Of a stretch of DNA of 32,000 bases, positions 1 to 8,097 are shown in pieces (positions within the stretch are counted from its first letter, which is position 1; every line of letters begins with the position of its first letter). The stretch is taken from NCBI GenBank assembly GCA_046497275.1, contig JAWOFX010000111.1, positions 1-32,000 of the forward strand. Reading direction: 5' to 3'. The notes beneath the pieces are model-generated. The model made no database searches, was not told where the DNA came from, and saw only the letters and a program-made list of their open reading frames with translations. The DNA comes from Promethearchaeia archaeon (GTDB lineage: Archaea > Asgardarchaeota > Lokiarchaeia > Sigyniarchaeales > SOKP01). The translations under genes were made by a program, and so were the position numbers.

Positions 1-741
1 AGGATTAATCTCTACATCCACTTCTTCATATTGATCTATATCTGTTATGAGCTCCAACTCGTCTATTTCTACTTGGGTCATTAATGGAGTAAATCTTACT
101 TGGAGCTGTTTTTTTCCATAAAAGTTGTCTTCAATTCTTAGAATTTGAGTATACGTTTGAACTAAACCTTCTCCTATAGGAGCGTAAAGAACACCTTCAT
201 CTATATCTAATTGTCTTAGTAATGGAGTTATTCTATTCTGTTTAATTGCTCCCGTTACTAATATTTTCTGCCATGGTGTTAAATCTGGCATACCTTCCAA
301 GGGATTCTTTACAATCACACTAATATTTTCATGTAAATCTAATTTTTTTAGATTTTTTTCAGTGAGTTCTGCAATTTCCGAATTTGCTTCTAAGATTATT
401 ATCTCTCCCTGTGGTGCTAATCTATGAGCTAAAGCGGCTATGTATCCTGATTTTGCTCCTAATATCAATAAATCATCGTCCTTTTCTAAGGATAATCCTT
501 GAAGCATTATAGTTATCATATGAGGTGCGGATATTGTTCGATAATTACTTGGGTCGTGATAATAGAATAAATTAGGAATATCCTCATAGATCTTTAATGA
601 ATCTTGATAATTCTTTGGGATAAACTCTTCTAAGGGAATTTCCAAGAATGCTTTATATAAGCGTTTATCTTTTAATAAATCATTTGATGTTAGAGAATCT
701 ACCAATCTTTTTTTCTTTTCATTAAAATCTAGGTTGACCAT
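1..741 (-). CDS. pcm: Protein-L-isoaspartate O-methyltransferase (Pcm/PIMT)-like protein with a C-terminal extension; 3' end runs off the window
   Basis: Not in the ORF track. Manual translation from the ATG at 741 gives 247 uninterrupted codons to base 1: MVNLDFNEKRKKRLVDSL...YRTISAPHMITIMLQGL...LLILGAKSGYIAAL...IIILEAN...WQKILVTGAI...GVLYAPIG...VRFTPL. TISAPHM, the (V/L)xxPIG segment and VRFxPL are PIMT hallmarks. An SD-like GAGATGTGA lies upstream. Confidence 0.8.
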   Translation of the reverse strand, partial: MVNLDFNEKKKRLVDSLTSNDLLKDKRLYKAFLEIPLEEFIPKNYQDSLKIYEDIPNLFYYHDPSNYRTISAPHMITIMLQGLSLEKDDDLLILGAKSGYIAALAHRLAPQGEIIILEANSEIAELTEKNLKKLDLHENISVIVKNPLEGMPDLTPWQKILVTGAIKQNRITPLLRQLDIDEGVLYAPIGEGLVQTYTQILRIEDNFYGKKQLQVRFTPLMTQVEIDELELITDIDQYEEVDVEINP

Positions 742-847
742 ATTCACATCTCTTTATACATTTTAAATGGTGATTCAGATTATTAAAATTTATGAATTAT
801 TAGTTATAAATAAAATAAATTTAAAGATATAAAAGATTAAATTAAAT

Positions 848-1432
848 ATGATTATTCTTGACGCAGATGATATAAAGAATTCTAAATTAACTTGGAGTTT
901 AATTATTTTCAATGTTATATGTTTTTTCTTTTTTATTACTCCTGTAGGGGAAAATTATCTATTTTTATTTGTCCAAATTAATTACAAAATAATCAATGAT
1001 TTTGAAGTATGGCGCTTATTTACCGCAATGTTCTTACATTCTGATATTATGCATCTCTTTTCAAACATGTTTGGTTTATTACTCTTCGGTGCTTTAGTTG
1101 AGAATAATTTTTCCAAAAGTGAATTTCTTTTCATATATTTTATTTCTGGATTAATAGGGAATACTTTTTCACTCTTTTTATTACCTATCTTCAGTATTAG
1201 CCTTGGAGCGTCGGGAGCGATTTTTGGGTTGCTGGGTGCTTCTTTTATATTAATTGCATTCGAAAATCCTTCCCTTTTAATTCTAGCTCTTGTTTATGTT
1301 ATGTTTTTTTTAACATCTTCATTTGCTCCGGGTATTAATGCATGGGCTCATATTTTTGGTCTGATTGGCGGCATTGGTTTAGGATATTTCTTTAGAAAAT
1401 TATATCATCCAGGAGTAGATTATTATGCATAA
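848..1432 (+). CDS. Rhomboid-family intramembrane serine protease
   Basis: WRLFTAMFLH, HLFSNM, catalytic GASGAIFG and the TM6 histidine (AHIFGLIGG); about six hydrophobic helices. Confidence 0.93.
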   Translation: MIILDADDIKNSKLTWSLIIFNVICFFFFITPVGENYLFLFVQINYKIINDFEVWRLFTAMFLHSDIMHLFSNMFGLLLFGALVENNFSKSEFLFIYFISGLIGNTFSLFLLPIFSISLGASGAIFGLLGASFILIAFENPSLLILALVYVMFFLTSSFAPGINAWAHIFGLIGGIGLGYFFRKLYHPGVDYYA

Positions 1433-1437
1433 GAATG

Positions 1438-2079
1438 TCATTTTTCCTCCATTGAGAAATCTTTTGGGCATAAATCTTCTACCGGGCAAATTTCATGTTT
1501 TGGATTATTAGGTAAACATATTTGCTGCCCAAATTTTACAAATAGACGATTAATTCTGATCCATTGGTCTTTTGGGATTAATTCTTTTAATTTTTTTTCT
1601 GTTTGTTTTGGGGTTTTCACAAGGGTCCATCCTAATCTATTAGATATTCGATGAACATGGGTATCAACGCATATTGCAGGAATTTTAAAAGCATAGGCTA
1701 ATGTACAATTAGCAGTTTTTCGCCCCACTCCTGGTAATTGCATTAATTTATTAAATTCTGCAGGAACTTTTCCATTATACATTTCATGAATAATCTTTGA
1801 GGTTTCTTTTATATGTTTTGCTTTAGCTCTATAAAAACCCGCCTCATAAATCAATTCCTGTAATTCCTCTTCTTCAAGATCAGCAATTTCTTTTGGGGTC
1901 TCATATTTATTAAACAATCTTTTAGTGACTTTCCTGGTATTCTGATCTCTGGTACGTGCTGAAATAATTGTTGATATCAAGATTTTAAATGGATCTTCTT
2001 TAGCATTTGCTAACTCATCTAAATGAGCACTTCCTTTTAAAGAAGCTTCTATCTTGTCAAAAAATTCTTTATAATTCAT
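1438..2079 (-). CDS. nth: Endonuclease III (HhH-GPD DNA glycosylase/AP lyase)
   Basis: DPFKILISTIISART, HhH LPGVGRKTAN (catalytic Lys), VDTHVHRI (catalytic Asp), and a C-terminal FCL-like motif C-x6-H-x2-C-x5-C. SD-like GGGGT upstream. Confidence 0.93.
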   Translation of the reverse strand: MNYKEFFDKIEASLKGSAHLDELANAKEDPFKILISTIISARTRDQNTRKVTKRLFNKYETPKEIADLEEEELQELIYEAGFYRAKAKHIKETSKIIHEMYNGKVPAEFNKLMQLPGVGRKTANCTLAYAFKIPAICVDTHVHRISNRLGWTLVKTPKQTEKKLKELIPKDQWIRINRLFVKFGQQICLPNNPKHEICPVEDLCPKDFSMEEK

Positions 2080-2090
2080 TTAAACCCCGT

Positions 2091-3494
2091 CTAAGTTTTT
2101 TCGAATACAAATATTTTTCGCTTGATGATTTGGCCTTCTTTAGTATCCATAATTGAGTAAAGATTTTGTTTTCGAAACTGGAGAAGTTCATTAGATTTAT
2201 TAGCAATTCTTTTTTGTGATATTAATGATATAGGAGTTAAATTATTCTCAATCGCTATCTTTTGCACATCCATACGAAAATCACTTTTGTCGTCCACTAA
2301 ACTAATACTTGGGGCAACAATGCAAATTCTACAATTCGATTTTAAAAGATCATAGGCTTGTTCAAAAATTGTATTATACAATGGCTCCAATTTATTCTCA
2401 AATAATTCCATCGCTTCTGTATAGTATGGTTTTTCTTTATAAAACGGTCCTAAATTGGGTTCAGTCACAATACCATCAAAATATTCAGCTTCAAAACTAT
2501 TGTTTAGATTTTCGATATTAATTATTCTAAATCTATTTGAAAGATCAAGGATAGGAGGAATTTCTAATTCTTTTTGAAGCCATTGAATATTTCTTTTAGT
2601 ATGATCTATTTTTTCCTTATCAATATCAGAGCCATAAATTTTAAAATCTTCTAAAAGTGCAAACAAAGCAATAGTTCCGTTGCCTACAAATGGATCTAAA
2701 ATCGCTTTTTGGTGTCGATCATTAAATATATTCAAAAAATTCAACATCATTATGGCTAGTTTAGGAGAAATAGCACTTTTAAAATCTTTATGAGGTTTTT
2801 GTTCATCAATTTTTCTTTTGAAATTAGGATCATCGCTAGTAAAAGTTCGACCAATATAACATCCTTCTTCTGTAATCGCAAATACTAATTCTGCTCTGTT
2901 TTGCTTCAATAATTCATATTTTATTACATGATGAGGAAATATCGGATTTAAATTCCCAGAATCGATATTTTTTTCTGGATATTTAAAATAAATTGCCTTA
3001 CTCGCATTTTTTTCCTTCAATATTTTTGAAATATTCTTATTTAAAAAGGGTAAAAAGTGTTTTACTAAAATTTCTCTGTAATAATTATCATCAAATAAGT
3101 TTGGATAAATTGATACTACAAAAAATATATTTTCATCCTCAATTTTCTGGAAAATCTTATCTATACTATTCTTAAGAATTGTTTTTATTTTTTTCCTCTC
3201 TCGTTTGATTTCGTTAAAATTTTCAACCTTTGACGGAAACGCATTCTTTAGAGTTAATATATTGAAAAAGTCAAAGATTTTAGCTATTTTTTGAGTCCCC
3301 CCTAAGTAGTATTGGAGAGTCTCAAGATCATCCACAAAATGCTTTCTTTTAACCAAATTATCAAATTTTACGGAGGCAATGTTAGAGGAATAATCATTAA
3401 TTTTCCCTTTAAATGGTTCACTCTTCAGACATGTGTCTAATTCAGCTAATGATAGTTTCCAATTACTTCCAAGAACAAAAATGAAATCATCCAT
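2091..3494 (-). CDS. Trm11/TrmG10-like SAM-dependent (RNA) methyltransferase with an N-terminal THUMP-like region
   Basis: SAISPKLAIMMLN, motif I ILDPFVGNGTI, motif II GSDID and motif IV variant DGIVTEPNLG. The N-terminus (FVLGSNWKLSLAEL) resembles this family. Substrate not established. Confidence 0.7.
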   Translation of the reverse strand: MDDFIFVLGSNWKLSLAELDTCLKSEPFKGKINDYSSNIASVKFDNLVKRKHFVDDLETLQYYLGGTQKIAKIFDFFNILTLKNAFPSKVENFNEIKRERKKIKTILKNSIDKIFQKIEDENIFFVVSIYPNLFDDNYYREILVKHFLPFLNKNISKILKEKNASKAIYFKYPEKNIDSGNLNPIFPHHVIKYELLKQNRAELVFAITEEGCYIGRTFTSDDPNFKRKIDEQKPHKDFKSAISPKLAIMMLNFLNIFNDRHQKAILDPFVGNGTIALFALLEDFKIYGSDIDKEKIDHTKRNIQWLQKELEIPPILDLSNRFRIINIENLNNSFEAEYFDGIVTEPNLGPFYKEKPYYTEAMELFENKLEPLYNTIFEQAYDLLKSNCRICIVAPSISLVDDKSDFRMDVQKIAIENNLTPISLISQKRIANKSNELLQFRKQNLYSIMDTKEGQIIKRKIFVFEKT

Positions 3495-3589
3495 AATACT
3501 TTCTTAAAAAAGTAAATGAAAAATCTAATTTCTTTTTTTGGATTTCCTTTTCTAAAAATAATATTCTTTAGTTATTTGATGAAAAAAAA

Positions 3590-4903
3590 TTAGGTATTGT
3601 CTTTAGAATTATCCTCATTAATCCCATATGTTTCTTGAACCCAATCTTTATATTGTTGAGTTATTTTTCCTTGCCAAATTGCATTCTTTCCCGTTTCTTT
3701 TTCAAATTCTTCCATTAAGGTTTCATCATCTATTGAAATTATCTCCTTCTTCTCAATTTCTTCTTTTTCGGATTTTTTAGTAGAATTTTCCAAATTTTCT
3801 TCCATTTCCAGTTTGTCTAAGTCAATCGATAATTCATACTCTTCTCCAGTTATTTCTTCTAACGTTGATATAATATCTATAAGATCTCCCTTTTTTCTCT
3901 TGGGGATTAGATTAATCATCTTATCCTCCACGACTTCTTCCTCTTTCTCCTTCTTTTCTTTTTCATATGCTTCCTTTTTTTTTAACTGTATAGCTTCTAA
4001 CTGTTTCATAATGCTATCATAATTATCTTTGAAAAACTTAATTCCTACATTCACTAAATCTGAAAAACTTCCCCATCTGTCTTTTTTTATAGTTTGTTCG
4101 ACCCATTGAAAGATTTCTCTATTGAGGGTAATAGTAACGAGTTTTTCCTCTGTAGATTCTTTCTCAATAAGCCATTTTATCGCATTTCCTATTAAAATAT
4201 TGTTATCATATCCGTGAAATCCATATTCTCTTCCAAATGAAGAAAAGAGGGACATTGATCCAAAAGCTATAACTCTTCCTTCGAAATATTCGATAGCTAC
4301 CATTAAAGGTTTATTTGGAATATCTTCTTCCTTCCAATTCTCTCCATTATAAACTTTGTGCCATGCATTCAACCCTGTTCTTATTAATACATCAATACTA
4401 ATACTCTGGTCTTTTTCAATATATTCTTGAACATCTAATGAACATGCGCTCGAGAGAACTACTTTGTTGACTCCATTTGTAATAGTGTGTGGCTTAAAAT
4501 TTGAAAAAATAGGTCGTTTTTGGAGGTTTGAGTAATTCATGGAATCATTTACTTCATCAGAAATAAATTTGAATTTAAATCTTTCTGCAAGCCGATTTGT
4601 GTTTGTTCTATTTTTATAATCTCCACCAGCTGAACTTAAAATTAAAAGACTCCCACCGTTTTTAACATATTCTTCAATATTATTAATCTCTTCTTCAGAG
4701 ATTTTTGCACTTCTAGGTGGTGAGAGAAAAATTAAATCATAATTTTCTAATTTTTCCATCGAATCAAAACCAGCTTGGATCTTTCCTATTTTAAATCCCG
4801 AATTAAAAAGGAATTGAATGAAATCTGAATATGAAGAGGATTCCATCGTTAGCTTATTATTATGACTATAATCTAATGCAATCCTACCTTTTTGAAGGCT
4901 CAT
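3590..4903 (-). CDS. Soluble GIFT/DUF4350-like (class I GATase-like fold) domain fused to a ribbon-helix-helix motif and an acidic tail
   Basis: The N-terminal ~245 aa (IALDYSHN...YDLIFLSPP...EEINNIEEYVKNGGSLLIL...TNTNRLAERF...GRVIAFGSMSLFS...DNNILIGNAIKWL) follows the GldG/IFT52 (GIFT) pattern. KLVTITLNREIFQWVEQTIKKDRWGSFSDLVNVGIKFF has an RHH-like pattern. No signal peptide or TM helix is evident. Confidence 0.6.
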   Translation of the reverse strand: MSLQKGRIALDYSHNNKLTMESSSYSDFIQFLFNSGFKIGKIQAGFDSMEKLENYDLIFLSPPRSAKISEEEINNIEEYVKNGGSLLILSSAGGDYKNRTNTNRLAERFKFKFISDEVNDSMNYSNLQKRPIFSNFKPHTITNGVNKVVLSSACSLDVQEYIEKDQSISIDVLIRTGLNAWHKVYNGENWKEEDIPNKPLMVAIEYFEGRVIAFGSMSLFSSFGREYGFHGYDNNILIGNAIKWLIEKESTEEKLVTITLNREIFQWVEQTIKKDRWGSFSDLVNVGIKFFKDNYDSIMKQLEAIQLKKKEAYEKEKKEKEEEVVEDKMINLIPKRKKGDLIDIISTLEEITGEEYELSIDLDKLEMEENLENSTKKSEKEEIEKKEIISIDDETLMEEFEKETGKNAIWQGKITQQYKDWVQETYGINEDNSKDNT

Positions 4904-5001
4904 TTTCTTATGATATATTTTATCTCATTATCGTAAATAAGTATATTCTTTGGTATTGAATTTTTCTAATATTCTTAAAATTAATACAATAACATACTCT
5001 T

Positions 5002-5865
5002 TTATTTTTCTTTCTTTTTGACAAAGATGTCATAAACTATATGATATAAATTCGGACCGTAACTTTTTACTAAACGTTTATCTTTTAACTGGGTACTAAA
5101 ATCTGATTTTTTCGCAATCTCTGAAAATTCTTCATATAATGCCAGATCCTCATCTTTATCAACAACTCCCTCATAATGTAAAATGGTTCCAGAATCTTTC
5201 GCTAATGTTAGAGCCTCTTGTATATATTCTTTAGGGGCGGGAAAGACGCCCATAATAATCCTATCTGCCTTGATGCCTTTCTCACTTAATTTTAAAACCT
5301 CCTCCTTACAATCACCATAGATAGGTTCTATTATATTTTCTACGTGATTAATTCGAATATTTTCCACAAAAAACTTATAGGCGGTTGGATTGAGTTCAAT
5401 ACTATAGATTTTCTTTGGTTTTGATAAAACTGCAATTGGAAGCGAAAAGTAACCTATGCCCGCAAACATATCCACGATAATCTCTTCATTTTTCACTAAA
5501 GATGCTAAATGCTTCCGTTCATTAATATTACCTTTGCTGAACATTATTTTCTTAATATTAAACCTATATACTACACCATGTTCTTTATGTTGTACTATAG
5601 GATTTTTCTCTCCCGCCACATATTCTATTCTTTCTGGTTCTCGAAATTGTCCTTCAATCTTTCCTTGATTTAAATATACTGAACGCATATAATGTAAAAT
5701 TTCTAAATAGGTGTCTGCAATCAGATTCTTTTTATCTAATAATTCGGGAGGAAGTTTTATAATGATGACTTTCCCTAATGTTTGATAACTACTCGGTAAT
5801 AGATCTAACTCTTCTTGTGAAAATTTTCCTTTTAAATTTTTAACAAGTTTTTTTTTAAATCCCAT
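5002..5865 (-). CDS. taw2: Trm5/Tyw2 (Met-10+) family SAM-dependent tRNA-modifying enzyme, most likely the Taw2 aminocarboxypropyltransferase
   Basis: MFSKGNINER, VDMFAGIGYFSLP, IELNP, ADRIIMG, ILHYE and VKSYGP. DRIIMG (rather than the Trm5-type DRIIMNLP) and the HY/KSY motifs favour Taw2. Confidence 0.75.
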   Translation of the reverse strand: MGFKKKLVKNLKGKFSQEELDLLPSSYQTLGKVIIIKLPPELLDKKNLIADTYLEILHYMRSVYLNQGKIEGQFREPERIEYVAGEKNPIVQHKEHGVVYRFNIKKIMFSKGNINERKHLASLVKNEEIIVDMFAGIGYFSLPIAVLSKPKKIYSIELNPTAYKFFVENIRINHVENIIEPIYGDCKEEVLKLSEKGIKADRIIMGVFPAPKEYIQEALTLAKDSGTILHYEGVVDKDEDLALYEEFSEIAKKSDFSTQLKDKRLVKSYGPNLYHIVYDIFVKKKEK

Positions 5866-6069
5866 AATTTAATTAATTCAATACATGCTATTTTTGAATA
5901 GATTACAAATTTATGAATCATTTGTTCAATATCAAGATGTAATTATATAAATTCAATTTTTTTAATAAATCCATAAAAATTATTAAATATCCTAATATCA
6001 AATTAAATTAGTAATTGTCACATGAAATAAAAAATTAAAATTAATAAATTGTAAAATTAGTGAGTAAAT

Positions 6070-7923
6070 ATGCCTAGTTTAAAAAATTTTGAAATCGATG
6101 AGAATAAAGTCTGGTTTACCGAAGGGTATTGGCCAGAAGGTGTTCCAAAACAACTCTATGACGTTGAAGGTGTAAAAATTGAGCCATTATTTGACGGCTT
6201 TATCAGAAATGCGAATGATAATGACCTCTGGGACACGCCTATATGTCTTTCTGTATTTGGGCCACACATTGAGAAGATAACATATAGAAAATTGATTGAT
6301 TATGCAAAAAGGTTCGGAACATATTTATATGACTTAGGTGTACGGAAAGGTGATGTAGTTGCTATTGATCTGCCAAACTCTATTAATTTTGTCGTTGCAT
6401 ATATTGGTACTCAATATATAGGTGCGATTGTGGCTGGAGTTAATCCTCAATACAAACCTATGGAATTGATGCATGAATTAAAAATGACTAACGCAAAAGT
6501 TTTAGTTGTAATGGATGCTCTCTATAACTTGATAAAGACTACATTGCCTAAAAGTCCAGTGGAGCATTTGATTCCAACAAATCTTCTTGATTTTATAAAT
6601 GTTCCGGAAAAAATGTTTCAACTATTAAGAGATAAAGTACCAGATTTTCAAGATAGCATTCCCGACGAAGGTGAGACTTTTAAAATTCATAGGTTAACCA
6701 ATATTTTAGAAAATACTGAACCGAGAGAAATAGAAGTGGATATCGATCCTTGGACTGATCCCGCTGTATATCTTATGACAGGAGGAACAACAGGACTTCC
6801 CAAAGCAGCAATGTTAAGTCACGCAAATTTAATAGCAAATTTATATCAAATGCAAGATTGGGTTCAATTAGAGCCAGGTATGATCACAATTGGTTCAATT
6901 CCTTTCTTCCATAGTTTCGGGATGACTTGCGTGATGAATGGAGCTTTATCTCTTGGAATGGTTATGCTTTTGTTCCCAAAACCACCAGAAGAGGAAGATT
7001 TATGCAAAACAATTAAAAAGTTGGATGCTCCCGAAGGTATCATATATACTGGGGTAGAGATGTTATTTAAACGATTAACGGATTTTGTGGAAGAAATGGG
7101 AGAAGAAAAGTTCAAAAAACGCTACGATTTTCATGAAAAATTAACATATGCGACTCAAGGAGCAGGACCACTTCATGAATATGTACGCGTTCCTTTCGAA
7201 CAGATCTTTTGCCCTATTCGAGTAGGGTATGGACTAACTGAAACCTCCCCAGTTGTTTCCGTGGCTCCATTCTGGGGACCAAATAAAACTGGCAAAATTG
7301 GATTACCTCTCCCTGGTACTGATTGGGCTATTTTTGATGCAAATAATTTTGAGGCAGGTCCTATTTGTGATGGGACTAAGGAGAAAGGCAATTTTGGAGT
7401 AGAACATACAGGTGAAATTTGCGTGTTCGGACCACAAGTTATGCTGGGATATAAAGGAGAACAAAAAGAGCAAGAAGATAATCTTAAAATATGGAATGGC
7501 CGACGATGGTTGCTAACAGGAGATATCGGATTTATGGATGAGCATGGATTCTGTGAAATCAGAGATCGCAAAAAATCGCTTATTAAAGTCTCCGGACATT
7601 CCGTGTTTCCAAAAGAAGTTGAAGAACTAATGGGAAACCATCCAATGGTTGATGAAGTTGCGATCGCTGGATTGCCTGATGAGCATCGTGGAGAAGTTGC
7701 AAAAGCATGGGTAACTCTCAAAGAAGGCTATAAAGATGGAAAAGATATAACTTCTGAGCAATTGAAGGAATGGTGTTATGAGAATATGGCTAAGTGGAAA
7801 ACCCCTATGTATATTGAATTTGTCAAGAATTTACCCGTCAGTATGACTGGAAAAGTCCAACGTAGAGCCTTGCAAGAGAAGGATCTCAGCAGAATCGAAA
7901 AAGGCAGAGACATCAAAGGTTAA
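6070..7923 (+). CDS. Long-chain fatty-acid--CoA ligase (ANL adenylate-forming superfamily)
   Basis: P-loop MTGGTTGLPKA, GYGLTE, TGDIG, RKKSLIKVSG and the terminal Lys motif GKVQRR. Confidence 0.9.
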   Translation: MPSLKNFEIDENKVWFTEGYWPEGVPKQLYDVEGVKIEPLFDGFIRNANDNDLWDTPICLSVFGPHIEKITYRKLIDYAKRFGTYLYDLGVRKGDVVAIDLPNSINFVVAYIGTQYIGAIVAGVNPQYKPMELMHELKMTNAKVLVVMDALYNLIKTTLPKSPVEHLIPTNLLDFINVPEKMFQLLRDKVPDFQDSIPDEGETFKIHRLTNILENTEPREIEVDIDPWTDPAVYLMTGGTTGLPKAAMLSHANLIANLYQMQDWVQLEPGMITIGSIPFFHSFGMTCVMNGALSLGMVMLLFPKPPEEEDLCKTIKKLDAPEGIIYTGVEMLFKRLTDFVEEMGEEKFKKRYDFHEKLTYATQGAGPLHEYVRVPFEQIFCPIRVGYGLTETSPVVSVAPFWGPNKTGKIGLPLPGTDWAIFDANNFEAGPICDGTKEKGNFGVEHTGEICVFGPQVMLGYKGEQKEQEDNLKIWNGRRWLLTGDIGFMDEHGFCEIRDRKKSLIKVSGHSVFPKEVEELMGNHPMVDEVAIAGLPDEHRGEVAKAWVTLKEGYKDGKDITSEQLKEWCYENMAKWKTPMYIEFVKNLPVSMTGKVQRRALQEKDLSRIEKGRDIKG

Positions 7924-7980
7924 AAAAAGACTTTTAATTTTATTTTATCTTATTTTCTCTTATTTTTTTTATATTTTCAA
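7924..7980 (+). terminator. Putative archaeal T-rich terminator of the acyl-CoA ligase gene
   Basis: T-rich run (…ttattttttttatatttt) directly after the stop codon, in a convergent intergenic region. The A-rich stretch around 8055-8085 could serve the opposite strand. Confidence 0.4.
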
Positions 7981-8097
7981 AGATATATAACTCCTTTAGA
8001 TTTTATAGGATTAAAGGAAATAGGATGATAATTCTGGAAAGCATTTGATCTTATTAAAAAATAAAAAAGAATAAAAAGAGAAATTAATGATTACAAT

